From: Callorhinchus milii
Lineage: Eukaryota
Length of the DNA: 64,000 nt
Direction: 5' to 3'
Assembly: GCF_018977255.1 (NCBI RefSeq)
Contig: NW_024704742.1
Coordinates: forward strand, 72,542,001-72,606,000
Below, piece after piece: positions 13,893 to 27,323 of this stretch (its first letter is position 1; every line of letters begins with the position of its first letter). The notes below the pieces were generated by a model. The model had not been told where the DNA came from and searched no databases. It saw only the letters and a program-made list of their open reading frames with translations. The position numbers and the translations under genes are program-made.

Positions 13893-15800
13893 AATAATAA
13901 TCCTTGCATTTGATATAGCGCCTTATCATGTCTTCGAGATGTTTCAAAGTGCTTCACTGAATATACAGCAACAACAAAATTACATTTGTATAGCGCCTTT
14001 CATGTTAGGAGGATGTCCCAAAGCGCTGGACAGTCAGTGTGTCGGACCTGAACTGGGGGTTGGAATTGGGGAGGGTGGAGGGCGGGGGGAAGCAGGGTGA
14101 TCGAAAGCAGGGTCGAAGAGGAGGGTCTTGAGATGGGTCTTGAAGGAGGCAAGGGAGGGGTCGAGGCGGAGGGACTGCAGGATGGTATTCCAGAGGGTGG
14201 GGGCAGAATGGCAAAAGGCCCACCCGCCAATGGTGAGATGGGCGAGGTTGGGACGTGAAGCAGGCTGAAGCCTGCTGAACGGAGGAGCGGGCAGGATGGT
14301 AGGGGGTTAGGAGGTCGCAGAGGTAGAGGGGAGCAAGACCATGGAGGGCTTCGAAGGTGAGGAACAGGATCTTGGGAAGCCAGTGGAATCAGACGAGGAT
14401 GGGGGTGATAGGGTCACAGAGCCTGGGGCGGGAGAGGACATGGGCTGCAGGGTTCTTGATGATTTGCAGCCTATGGAGGGAGGAGTTGGCGGGGCTGAAA
14501 ATGAAGGAGTTTGCATAGTCAAGCCCTGCTGTTATGAATGTGTGTATGCATGTTTACTAGTACAGTATATGTGTGTACTATAAGGCCTGCGGTGTGAGAC
14601 AGTGGCGGAGCCTAGCGATGTTGCAGACGTAAGGGAAGGCAGAGCGGATCATGGTGCAGATGTGGGGTAGAAAGGATAGTTGAGGGTCAAACAAGACACC
14701 AAAGTTCCGGACTGGCTCAATGAGGTGCAGTGTGCATCCATGGATGGTGATGCTGTCAGCGCCTGAGGTGTGGAGGCGCTGACAGGAGCCAATCAGGAGA
14801 GCCTCGGTCTTGTTGACGTTCAACTGAAAAAAAGTTAGCTCTCATCCAGGACTTGATGTTTGACAGACATTCTGTCAGGACAGCAGTGGTCCTGGAGTCA
14901 AGGGTGGAGGCAGAGAGATAGAGTTGGGTGTCATCCGCATACATGTTGACCCCATGTCTGCGGATGATGTCACCAAGAGGGAGCATATAGATATTGAAGA
15001 AGAGGGGACCAAGGACAGAGTCCTGAGGAATGCCGCTCAAGACTGTGCGGGGCTAGAGCAGAAATCATTTGTGGAGATTAAGTGTAGGCGGTTTGAGAGG
15101 TACGATCTGAACCATTCAAGGACAGGGCTGTGAAGGTTGAGGTGAGAGGAGAGACGGTGGATCAGGATAGAGTGGTCAACGGTGTCGAAGGCAACAGAGA
15201 GGTTAAGGAGGTCGAGGAGGAAGAGGGAGCCCTGGTCACAGATGGACAGAATGTCAATTGTAACTTTAACTATGGCTGTTTCTGTGTTTTGGGTGGCATG
15301 GAAACCCGATTGGAGGGGTTCGTGAAGGGAATGGCGTAGAGGAAGGAGCGACTCGTTCCAGAACATTGGAGAGGAAAGGGAGGTTGGAGATGGGGCGGTG
15401 GTTTGAGAGCAAGAATGGGTCCAAGGAGGGTTTTTTAAGGATAGGAGTGATGACGCCCGTTTTTAAAGGGAAGGGAATGGTACCAGTGGACAGGGACAGG
15501 TTTATGATGTCTGTGAGTAGAGGGCAAGGACAATATACTGTAAAGTTAATTCACTGTATATTTTATGGGCAAATCGTGGCAGCCAATTGCGTAGAGCAGT
15601 GTCCCACAAACAGTCGTGGATTGAGTAATCAAATTATTATTATTATTTATTTTTGAAAGGATTATTATCCCCAGAAAAGCGATCGGCAATCGACTAACAA
15701 CCGGGTTACCACTTACTGCTAGGTAAACAGAGGTATTTGGAGTAAGGAAACTTGTCTAAGGTTTCGCTTTGCCTGGGAATCAAACTCAGGTCCTCTCGCT
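13893..15800 (-). mobile_element. tRNA-derived SINE (long variant) split by an L2: tail 13893-13966, body/head 15532-15800
   Basis: The two parts rejoin into a colinear SINE matching other copies. Confidence 0.85.
13967..15531 (-). mobile_element. L2 LINE (older subfamily, RT plus 3' end) inserted in a SINE
   Basis: GIPQDSVLGP and YADDTQLY motifs. TSD aatatac at 13960-13966 and 15532-15538. Confidence 0.92.
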
Positions 15801-16428
15801 TAATTTCTCATCCCTTCGAAGTTTGCCTTACTTAAATTGAAAATCTTGGTTTGTGACTCTCCCTTCTCTCAAACCTCATACCAAATTCAATCATCTTATG
15901 GTCACTATTTGCAAGATTTTCCCTTATAGTCAGATTGTTAATTATTCTGATTCATTACTCATCACCAAATCTAGTATGGCATGATCCCTTATCAGTTCTA
16001 AAACATTGTTCCAGAAAACGGTCCTGAATACATTCTAAAAATGTGTTACCTTGCCTACTCGAGCTATTCTGCTTCTCCCAGTCTAAGTGAAAATGTATCC
16101 CTTACCCTGGCACCGGATAGGCAACACAGTGATCACGACAGCAGAGGATACCATCTATCCTCTTAATTATCAAATCCCCTATAACTACAACGTTTCTTTT
16201 CCACTGCTCTTCCCCTTGAACTGCTTCCTGCTCCACAAGCCTTGGTTAGCATTCTGGCCATTCTCCACTCAACCCTTTTCCTTATCCCCACAGGTAGCAA
16301 ATACATTGTAAGTGTTGGACAAGAACAGTTCTTGTGATTCCTCCTTCTCTGTTTCCACAAGGTTACCCCTACCCTACTGACTGTCAGCCACACACTCCTC
16401 TATGTGGTGTGACTGTGTTCAGGAGTAA

Positions 16429-16598
16429 CACAATGCCTTCCTTTCCCATCTTCATGTCACGCCTGCAGACCTTCCTCTTCGATTGTGCCTACAGTCACCC
16501 TCCACTCCCCCGGCTCGGCTTCATGCTCCGCCACTCTCAAGCGCCCTGGGACACTACTCTACATGAGAGGCGCTATATAAATGCAAATTGTAGTTGTT
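16429..16598 (+). mobile_element. Short L2 3'-end insertion
   Basis: L2 tail (aggcgctatataaatgcaa...gttgtt). TSD gagtaa at 16423-16428 and 16599-16604. Confidence 0.75.
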
Positions 16599-19181
16599 GA
16601 GTAAACTATCCAGATATTCCTCCCCCTCTCTTATGTGTCGGAGTGTCTCTGAAGCGCACTCCAGCTCAAAGCCTGAGCCGGAGTGACTCAAGACATAGGC
16701 ATTTCCCACAGATGTGATCATCTGGGTCAGCCTCACTGTCCACAATTTCCCACATTCTGCAGTCTCGACTTACTGCCTGTGCTGCCATTTTCTACCCTTT
16801 ATTTAGTGTTTATTTTTTCAGAGGACTTATTCATTTCTTATTTATTTTTATTTATTGATTTGTATTTGCTTAATGCTACTGGTTAGGTTTTAACCCCTGC
16901 ATTTTTTTGTTTAGTAGTTTAGTAGCTGTTAATTTATTATACCGTATAAAATTCAAGTGTAAATAAGTAATTTAGCAGCTTTTGTTCCTTGGTTACCCTA
17001 CTCAGCATTACAAGACAGCTCTTTGATTAAGTATCCATTCTCATTAAATGCGACGTTAACCAGTGCAGCAAGGTGATAGGAATCTGTACATAAAAAATGG
17101 TAAACATTGCAAAAAAAACAACCCCCTCACCCAATATTCCCTTGATTAGGTCCTTTAGAGCAGTAACGGCACAATTACACCCACTGTATGGTACTGAATT
17201 AGATCTTTATACATGGCATTCAACACTCCCATATTCTACCTCCATTTATTACCCAGGATCATTTTTATTGCCTTAAAATACTGCAACAAAAATATTTTTA
17301 AAAATATCAGTAGTTATTCTTCCACGGTACACACAGATCATGTGTCCTGCTTCAGAAGATTTGGTGTATAGCCGGTCACAACTGGTCTTGCTGCAGTAAA
17401 CTTTGAGGATTTATTTATTGGAGCCAGAGGGAAACTCCCAGTAGTATTAACAGTGCTGACGACTCTCAAAGCACAGTCTCCAGCCAGACAGTCTCAAACA
17501 AGGTGCAAACATTATGAAATGCATTTTTTGGATGCTTCTATTTCATCCTTTCCTTCTCTCTGGGAAAACATATTTTCCTCTGCCAATTCTTCCCTTCTGT
17601 CCTTCCTCCTTTAAATATCTGATTAATGCTTCCTTTCAGTGGAGTATGATTCTATGGGCTCCAGCCTCTTCCCCAAGTGATCCATTATTCATGCGTGAGC
17701 AGTGATGGTGAGTGTTGGCAGGTTATTCAACTGTAGGGAGCATGGCATTCTGCACAGGTAATTTTCCTAACAAACAATTTTGGTTGTCTGGAAGTACAAT
17801 TTCACAGGATCAGGGGATTTGTTAGGCGATCACACAGCAGTGGCAGGATTTAATAGGTCCAGTGTCATTGTAATAAAGGGGCCTCCGACACACATACACA
17901 CACATCCATAACAGCCAGATCACTGTTTGGATACCAGATTTGTTTACATTTATTTGGGAGCAAAAATCCTGAAGGAGACAGCCACTCATGTATGCCATTA
18001 TGACCTTTCTTCTGTTTTGAGGCAGTGAGGGAAGCTGCTCCCAACCACCCCCTCACTCCTCAAGCTGTGCCAAGAGGCGTGTGAGATGATCAGGAACTAT
18101 TCCAGGCATGGTGGAAGTGGATATGATTCCTCACTCTAACGCACCACGGCAGCTCACGCCTATAACCTCAACCCCCAAATCACCACATAAGCTTTTAGAC
18201 ATGGTATGTGGTGATGTCACCATATTTCCTCAAATGGGAGGGAAAGAAAAATAGAAGACAAATACATTCCAAAGTGCTTTTACTGTTATTACTGACTTGC
18301 TATCTCCATACTGACCTGTCTGTTCATCCGCTCAGCAGGCTACTTCACATGCTATATTGTAATGTGGAATGACTGTGTGAGCGGACAAGAGGTGGACAAG
18401 GATATGTTTTACAGATAAAGGAATCTTGTATAAAGGGCAGAACATTAATCATGGATGATATCAATTAACCAGGTATTGACTGGAAAAGCAGCAGAAGAAA
18501 AGTAATGAGGCATGGCCATTTCTAAAGGTACAGTGTAGGATTGGCTCTGAACACTGTTCATCAACGGTCTGAAGGTACTGTGGATCGCTTATCTTTACCA
18601 ACGAATTAGTTACAAATACTTGAAACAAGGTTGAAATAGGAGAAGCAGCTGTGATCTGCTGATTACAATACCATCCGTCTTCTCAGTCTCACCCACTCAG
18701 TTAGTTAAGAATAATTGTTCAGGTTATTAATAAATTATTTGAAAATGCTGTATTACAGATACAGCAAAGAAAATGAGAGGGATAGTGCACAGTAAGTGAC
18801 AGGATTCAAGACTCGCTCAATAAATAGCCTGAAGCTGTAATGGAAGGACTCTCTGGTGTGTATTCTGGAAGGATGTGATCAAATGGGCTAAAGGGCCTTC
18901 TTCATCCAAACCTCTCTTGTGATTTTGTGAATTTTCTTGCAATAACAGATGTGACTTTGGCACAATTCGATCCTGCTCATATTCATAACCTTTTCGTTAC
19001 AAAGGTATTACTCTGCTGTGAGCAGAACTTGCAAGGAATCCTTGTGCATCAACAGCAAGAAAGAAAAGTTGCATTGAAAACTGACTGGTGTTTACCAGCC
19101 AGTAGGTTTGCTCAATCATACCAGTTTATCTTGGATTCAAATTAGCCAGTATTGAACCACCTTGTAAATTCAATCAAATCG

Positions 19182-19586
19182 TGCCAGTCTGGTAGCACTC
19201 TGTCCTCTGAGACAGAAGGTTGTGGGTTCAAGCCCTGCATCAGGACTTGACTCCAGGGCAGTCCTGGGGTGGGCTGATTTATTGGAGTTGCTGTCCTTTG
19301 AATGAACTAAAACTGGGATCTAGTCTGCCTGTTCAGGTGGATGTTAAAGATCCCATGGATCTATTCAAAAAGAGAAGAGAGTTTCTCCAGTGTCATGGCC
19401 AACTATCCCGTAAATAAAATTGGTCATTCATTTCATGGCTGTTTTGGGGAGATTGATGTCCACAAATTAGCTGCCTTGTTTTATCTACAAAATGATGAAA
19501 TGCACAGTCACTGCGTTTTACAATATATCCGATGATATGCTTTGTGAAATCCTCCCGATGTGAAAGGTGCTGCATCAAATGTAAGG
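19182..19586 (+). mobile_element. Older SacSINE1-like DeuSINE (related remnants at about 9990-10345, 12050-12595, 27500-27770, 55015-55390, 61585-61688)
   Basis: tRNA head ggtagcactc...tctgagacagaaggttgtgggttcaagccc and shared tctgcctgttcaggtggatgttaaagatcccatgg segment. Confidence 0.75.
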
Positions 19587-20820
19587 AACAGAAACTACTT
19601 CAGTAACATCCACCCTGTTACAAATAAATATAGGCCTCAGGTGATCAAATTAGAAAGAAAAAAAGTTTCCACTGTCTAAAATCGTACAAAGGAAATTGAT
19701 CACATGCCTTCTCCTGGGGCTGACCTGGTTTTGTACTTGTTTCAGCAAGTGCCATATTGCAAACATATCAGCACTGCACTGTGCCAGCTTTGGATTCTTC
19801 ATCTTTGAGGTGTTCACCCAAACAGGGCTAATTTGACAGGAGAACTGCTTCTTTCCGCACTGTCATGGCAACACACATTCCACAGTACAACTGAAAATGG
19901 GAAGATTGCCATCAATACCTCTGCACAGATCTACCTACTGCAGGAATGTGTTTCTGCTGAAAGATGAGGTTTTGTGCTGTCCTTTTCTCTCAATTCAACA
20001 CATAATATTGTGCTTAAATTATTTTGAAGTCAGATTTCTCGGCAGTTCTGATTTGGCAAGAATGCTCTACTATCGTAGCTAATGTCTGCAAACCTGGGAG
20101 CTCACATTTGCACTGAACGTAGAGGCACAGCACACAATTGTAACCTGTTTGTGCACAGGATTAGAATAGCCAGACTGGAGCCGTAGATCTCAAACCATCA
20201 GAGACAACAAAAACATTACCTGAAAAGAGAAATTGGATAATGAAAATTCCTTCTCCGATGCAAACCTACACCTACTGAGTAATTCCCTTTTTCTAAAAGC
20301 CAGTCATGTGATAAAATAATACCCAGCAGCAGCTGTCAATTTAGCACCATAAAACCATGCCTGAATTTTGCTCACTCCACATTTGCAAAACAGCCTTTTA
20401 CATTATGCCCCAAGACCTCAGCTGTGGCAGCAGGTGTGGATGTGCATTGAAAAGGTGCTGATCTGAACAAGACAACATTTTATAACCCCTGTGTAACACT
20501 GTGACAAATTAAACATTCAGTATCTTACAAGACCAATTCAATGCCCGCCAGCTTCCAAAGGCTTCTGTTTTTTGGTGTTTATTAATTTCATTTTCAGGTT
20601 TTTTTTTAGCAATTTGAGTTCTAGGTAGATCCAAAAATCTGAGTTTTTCTGCGCTTTCACTTACTGTACTGAAATTTTTTGGAGTACTGCCATGGATCTT
20701 TAACATCCCCATAAAATATACAATCAATTGAATTTACAGTGTATTCTGTGAAATGCTTTGAGACGTGTCAAAGATATAAGGTGTTATATCAAATGCAAGG
20801 ATTTGATATAGTCCCACACG

Positions 20821-21071
20821 TTATAATAATCCTTTCATTTGATATAGCGCCTTATCATGTCTTTGAGACGTCTCAAAGCACTTTACAGAATATACTGTAA
20901 AGTAAATTGACTGTGTATTTTGTGGGCGAAACGCAGCAGCCAATTGCACATAGAAGTGTCCCACAAACAACCGCGGATTGAGTGACCAAGTTGTTATTTT
21001 AAAAACAAATAATTTTGAAGGGATTATTACTCCTTGGAAAACAATTGGCCGATTGACTAACAACCGGGTTA
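20821..21071 (-). mobile_element. SINE 3' half (long variant)
   Basis: Tail plus Deu-like core plus the gactaacaaccgggtta segment shared with about 15690. Confidence 0.85.
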
Positions 21072-22888
21072 TGGGATATCCATGTTCCTTGTTAGGTGTT
21101 CCAAGCAGACCTACACTGGATGAGTTTTAGAGAAACCAGGCACAGTGGTATAGGCTAGGACACAGGACTCATTTAAAAAACAGCTCAGCATTGTAATGGG
21201 AAATAAGTGGGTGGAAAGATAAAATCAAATAGTCGTCATTCACTTGTGATCTTGTTAAGTTTGAATTTTCCACTTACCTTTAACAATATAAACTTTACAG
21301 GACAGCTGGGTGGCGGGGGTTATTCAAACCTCTTTGCTCCCCCAACCAATATAATTAACTCTTTAACAGGGTGTGTGCTGTATCTCCAAGAAACTCTTCC
21401 TCCCCCTTCCTCCTCCAGCATGTTCTGTGAAGATCATTAATGTAAAGGAAATGCCTGCACACCATCAAGACAGCGGTTTAAAAGTTCAAAGAGCTGGAGC
21501 TGATATTTTCAACAGAATTTCAATTATTCAACAGCTGTTTTTACAATTAACCCACTGGAGCAATAAAAGCCTTCAGTTACACTGAATGTGGGTGGATGGA
21601 TTAAATGTAAAAAAGAACTATGATCATAATTATGCCTTGGCATTTTACTACCTATATATTCCCAAGCAATTTAAAACAGTTGCAGATGATAATACTAATC
21701 CTTGGATTTGATATAGCTCCTTTCACTTCAGAAGGATGTCTCAAAGCGCTTCAAACAATTTACTGTAGAGTATAATGTACAATAAATACTATGTATTTCG
21801 TAGGTGAACTTAGATGAGAAGAATAGAAATTCTAAATTTTTTTCAAAAATCACATCAATGTTTTGCATCTCCTAAACGGAACAGGGTACGTGTTACATCA
21901 CCATTGGAAACCAATGACGGCAAACCACTGAGAAATCTATGTAGATCAATATACTGGAGAGTAGGAAATGGGGTTTCCTTCGATAAACTGGCTGAGGAGA
22001 CTAACTTGGGTTTCCTTAGTAATGAAGACAGATTAGGCATTGTAGACACTAGTCCTAGCTGGGAAGACTTACGCCGCACAGTTTCTAATACTACAAGCAC
22101 TAAAACCTTGTTGATCAAATGGATTCAGGAACACCCCGATTCAATAAACCGAATGTCAGAGATTTCTGCAAAACACTGACATGAGATACTCTGGAAATCT
22201 GCTAAAGTGACCAGATCTGATACTTATTAGTTTAACTGCTTCTTTGGGAGATATACGGGTCTGCTTTAGACTTGGAAGGCATGAGCAAGTTTAATTCCCC
22301 TTCCCCTTCAATTTACTGGGTTCCCATAGATCAGCCAAGCAATGAAGATACATGTAAAATTGCAACTGTGACTTAGCTACATGACCTTAGGCTGCTCTGC
22401 TCATCGCTTGATAAATGTAAATGTTTTGCCTTTTACATAGCATTTTCTCTGTAATGGGACATCAATTAGCCAATATCCAACAGCATTACTATTATTAAAG
22501 AGAAAAAAACATTTGTCACCAAATCTATTTAAGGTGCTTCTCTCCGCTGATGCATGAAGCAGTGTATACTTTTCAACACAATCGTTGTTTGGTCGCTATA
22601 ACAACACTGAATTTTTGCCAAGAAACATATTACATATTGGTTAGCTGTAGTCACAATTACTCTTGAAATAATGGCAACCTGCAGATAAGAAACTAAACAG
22701 ACTTAGTGACATTTTTCACTCCTTTGGTGCAGGTTGCAACCTCGAGAGGAGGTTCCTTTTACCAGCTGCATGAAAGTAGATACCACATCCCACTGTCCCT
22801 AAAGTGCTGTCTAGCATTTGTTCTCCCGGCAGCGAAAAGCCAGCAATGCATTTTTGTATAGGGGCCTTCATGTACTTTCCTTGGTGAT

Positions 22889-25428
22889 CAACAACAACAA
22901 CAAGATTCCATTTATAGAGCGCCTTTCACGTCGGGAGGACATCCCAAGGCGCTGTACAGTAAGGTCAGGACCCGAGCAGTGGGGAAATAGTCAGGGTGAG
23001 GGGAGGGAAGGGAGGGAGCGAGGAAGGGGGAGAGTCGAGAGGGGAGCTGAAGGCACGGTCAAAGAGAAAGGTCTTGAGACCGGCCTTGAAGGAGGAAAGG
23101 GAGGAGGCGGCGAAGGCACTGGGGGATGGAGTTCCAGAGCCTCGGGGCTGAGAGGCTGAAGGCCCGGCCACCGATGGTAGGGCGGTTGGGGCGGGGGATG
23201 TGGAGCAGACCGGAGCCAGAGGAACGGAGGGTACGGGCAGGTAGGTAGGGGGATAGTAGGTCGGAGAGGTAGGAGGGAGCGAGGCCGTGAATGGCCTTGT
23301 AGGTGAGGATGAGGATCTTGAATTCGATCCTCTGGGGGATGGGGAGCCAGTGGAGGCGAGCGAGGGTGGGAGTGATGTGGTCGCGAAGCCTGGTGCGGGA
23401 CAGTACACGAGCTGCAGAGTTCTGAATGACCTGCAGCTTGTGGAGGGAGGTGCCGGGAAGGCCGGCGAGGAGAGAGTTCCCATAGTCCAGCCTTGAGGTG
23501 ATAAAGGCGTGGACCAGAGTTTCAGCCGCGTGAGGGGTGAGGTAGTGCCGTAGTCTGGCGATATTCCGGAGGTGATGGAAGGCGGTGCCAGTTGTGGTGC
23601 GGATATGAGGGAGAAAGGACAGCTCAGGGTCGAACAGAACGCCGAGGTTCCTGATGGCTTTGAGAGGTGGAGAGTGCAGCCTTGGATGCTGATGCTGTCA
23701 GCGCCTGAGGTGCGGAGGCGCTGACGTGAGCCAATCAGGAGGGCCTCAGTTTTACGCACGTTGAGCTGAAGAAAGTTGTCTCTCGTCCAGGACTCGATGT
23801 CGGACAGGCAGGCTGTCAGGACATCGGTGGTCGTGGAGTTGAGGGTAGAGGAGGAAAGGTAGAGTTGGGTGTCATCCGCATACATGTGGAAGTTAACCCC
23901 ATGTCTGCGGATGATGTCACCACAGGGGGAGCATATAGAGGGTGAAGAGGAGGGGACCGAGGACAGAGCCCTGAGGGACACCGCACGAGACAGTGCGGGG
24001 CTGGAGGAAAAGCCGTTCGTGGAAACAAAGTGAAGACGGTGGGAGAGGTACGACCTAAACCACTCAAGGACAGGGCCTTGAAGGTTGAGGTGGGAGGACA
24101 AGCGGTGGAGGAGGATAGCGTGGTCGACCGTATCGAATGCTGCCGATAGGTCGAGGAGGACGAGGAGGCAGAGGGAGCCCTGGTCACAGATGGTCAGGAT
24201 GTCATTGGTGACCTTGACCAGGGCAGTTTCTGTGCTATGGGCAGCACGGAAACCCGACTGAAGGGGTTCGAATAATGAATGGGTGGAGAGGAAAGAGCGC
24301 AGCTGGGAGGCGACAACTCGTTCCAGGACCTTGGACAGGAAGGGGAGGTTGGAGATGGGCCGGTAGCTTGATAGCTGCGACGCATCAAGGGAGGGTTTTT
24401 TCAAGGTGGGAGTGATGGTGGCAGTTTTTAAGGGAATGGGAACAGAGCCAGAGGAGAGGGACAGGTTGACGATGTCTGTGATATGTGGGGCAAGGAGGTG
24501 GAGCTGGGAGATAAGGAGTGGAGTGGGGATGGGGTCAAGGGAGCAGGTGGTGGGTTTCAGGGATAGGATGAGTTTGGTGACAGAGGGTGGGGAAACGGGT
24601 ACGAAAGTGTGTAGGGGAGGATGGGTAGGAGTCGGAGTGTGGGAGGGAGGGGGTGGGGGGTGGGTGGATGTTGGAGGGGAAGTGACCGCGGAGCGAATTC
24701 CCTTGATTTTGGATTCAAGGAAATCCAGCATCTCCTCGCAGTGAAGGTTGGAGGAGATGACCTGCGCGGGGTGGTGGGGGACGGAGGAGTCGGGATGTGG
24801 TAGAAAACAGTAGCCTGGGGTTGTTCTTCGCCTCCAGGATTATCCTGGAGTAGAAGGACGACTTGGCCGAGGCTAGAGTGGAGCGGTAGATTTTGAGGAG
24901 GTCCAGCCAGATTTGTCGGTGGACCGTTAGGCCAGATTTGACGCAGGTGCGTTCAGCGGCCCGCACCTGGCTCTTCAGTGAGCAGAGGTGGGTGGTGAAC
25001 CAGGGGGAGGAGCGGGAGTAGGAGACAGTACGGGAGGTGATGGGGGCAAGAGTGTTGAGTGTGGAGGAGAGAATGTTGTGGAGGAGGGTGAGAGGAGAAA
25101 AGGGGTCAGTGAGGGTTGAAGGCCAGAGGGAGAGTTCAGAGGACTCCAAGGCAGCGGTTAGGGATTGTGGGGGTAACTTCTTCCAGGGGCGGTAGAAGAT
25201 GGTGGTGGGTCTGGTGGAGGTGGGGAGTGACATCCGAGACACTGAGGCACTGGTGATCACCAAGTCGAGTGGGTGGCCGTGGCTGTGAGTGGGGGAGTTT
25301 ATGTGTAAGAAGAGGTTGAGTGAGGAGAGCAGGGAAGAGAAGTCTGAGGAGATGGAGCAGGAGGTGGTGAAGTGCAGGTTGAAGTCGCCCAGGATGATGA
25401 GGCGATCAGAGCAGAGGCAGAGAGATGT
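22889..25428 (-). mobile_element. L2-clade LINE, young, 5'-truncated (endonuclease C-terminal part, RT, 3' tail)
   Basis: Motifs LLDLSAAFDTVDH and [18 protein letters not shown] in a shifted frame, HSHGHPLDLVIT at the endonuclease end. (TTG)n tail. A few 1-bp frameshifts. Confidence 0.95.
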
Positions 25429-26780
25429 GAGAAGTCATATAAGTGAAATCAAAATTGTACTGTGCTGTGAAATAGAGATGTTCAGATACATTTCTAATTT
25501 TACCTCTTACTTGAGGGCCTTTTACCTCTGGATTTGAGCTTGAAATTCACAGCCATACTTTATTTGTAACTGAACCAATTCCACACCAAGGATCCACCTC
25601 ACACATAGTTAGAGATGGCTGCCCCTCTTTACAGCATTAATAGCAGAGCAAACAGCTTGAAGCAGATGTCACCTTTCCTTTAATCCTATCACCTTCAAGC
25701 CAGGATCTCACTTTACATCAAGTTTTGCCTGGAAGATGACTGAACTACATGGCAGTGCCAGTCCGATGTCTCACTATTGCCTTTTAGTTTAGGCAGTGCA
25801 TGCAGTGATATAAAAAATCCCTCTTGGGAAAAGTTAACTTACTTGGGGTTTAAGTTGCTGGAACCTATAGCTCCACAGGGTAGCAGAACCTGAACATTCA
25901 GCAACTCCACTCTTGTAAAGCTTTCTGAAACTCTTTAAGAATTCAGTTGCTCAATTTGTCATTCAGCCACTGGTACTTTGGATTCCCCCACACAGGTTAA
26001 ATGTAGCAGGATTCCAGCAGTGTGGGCCTCAAGGGGCAACACAACCAGACCTGTTTGGTTTGAACACTCTTTTTAAATATCCCTACAGGAATTGCAGCAG
26101 AAAATATGCGCTTGTGACAATTTTCTGACCAACAGGTTTTTCCCAGTGGAGAGAGGAGGTCCTGATGAAGCAGCCGGTGAGGAACTGATTGCTATCCTGT
26201 ACTGACAGGCTGAGGGCTGGCAACCCAGAAGTGCTTATTTGGTACGACAGGTGATACTGAAAAAAACACCACTTCAAGTGAATATCAGTGCTTCCTGAGG
26301 CAGCTCTGGCTTGTTTGCCATACAGAGCTCCGGTTGGCAGCAGCACTCATGTAAACAGGCACAAAAGATGAACAGCACTTGCTGCTTCTCTGATGGGCAA
26401 TTCTGAATTGTGCATTGACTGGGTAGAGGGTCAGACTCAGCATCGTGCTGTGAAAGTACATGTGTGAATCCATTTCGCTCCCCTTGTCTGACCCGCAGAC
26501 TGAAGCCAGATTCAAATTCTCTCTGTGCAAGGAATAAATTACATGTTGGAAGTGAGGAATGAGCAGATGCAGTGTTTTAGTGAGTGAAGCAACAGCATAA
26601 GGGGAGACCCAACCTATCAATGATTAAATGCCCATCAGCCCAGTCCTTACCAGGCTCCAATGGATCAATCTCCTCACCCTCACCTAAAAATTTATTTGAT
26701 ATATCCCAATCTCTGTGACCTTCTCCTACACCTCCCCCTTCTCTGCTCGACCCTTCCTTCCCGGCAACTCCCTCCACAAG

Positions 26781-27323
26781 CATTCAGAACTCTGCAGCTC
26801 GTGTACTGTCCCGCACCAGGCTTCGCGACCACATCACTCCCACCCTCGCTCGCCTCCACTGGCTTCCCATCCACCAGAGGATCGAATTCAAGATCCTCAT
26901 CCTCACCTACAAGGCCATTCACGGCCTCGCTCCCTCCTACCTCTCCGACCTACTAACCCCCTATCTACCTGCCCGTACCCTCCGTTCCTCTGGCTCCGGT
27001 CTGCTCCACACCCCCCGCCCTAACCGCCCTACCATCGGTGGCCGGGCCTTCAGCCTCTCAGCCCCGAGGCTCTGGAACTCCATCCCCCAGCGCTTCGCCT
27101 TGCCTCCTCCCTTTCCTCCTCCAAGGTCGGTCTCAAGACCTTTCTCTTCAACTGTGCCTTCAGCTCCCCTTTCGACTCTCTAGCCCCTCCTCGCTCCCTC
27201 CCTTCCCTCCCCTCACCCTGACCATTTCCCCCCGCTCGGGTCCTGACCCAACTGTCCAGCCCCTTGGGACGTCCTCCCGACGTGAAAGGCGCTCTATAAA
27301 TGAAATCTTCTTGTTGTTGTTGT
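26781..27323 (+). mobile_element. L2 LINE 3' fragment, same young subfamily, opposite orientation
   Basis: Near-identical reverse complement of about 22889-23425. Ends aggcgctctataaatgaaatcttcttgttgttgttg. Confidence 0.92.

Larger units (their letters stand above)
12681..16790 (-). mobile_element. CR1-clade LINE, internally deleted, interrupted by a MITE, a SINE+L2 and an L2 tail
   Basis: DFQKAFDKVPH at about 13150-13200, SPGPDGLHP at about 13815-13845, endonuclease-like sequence at 15850-16090. The 5' boundary is approximate. Confidence 0.8.

Noticed and set aside
22965..24731. 588-aa ORF as a host gene
   Set aside because: It is L2 ORF2 read through frameshifts; the S/P-rich stretches are off-frame.
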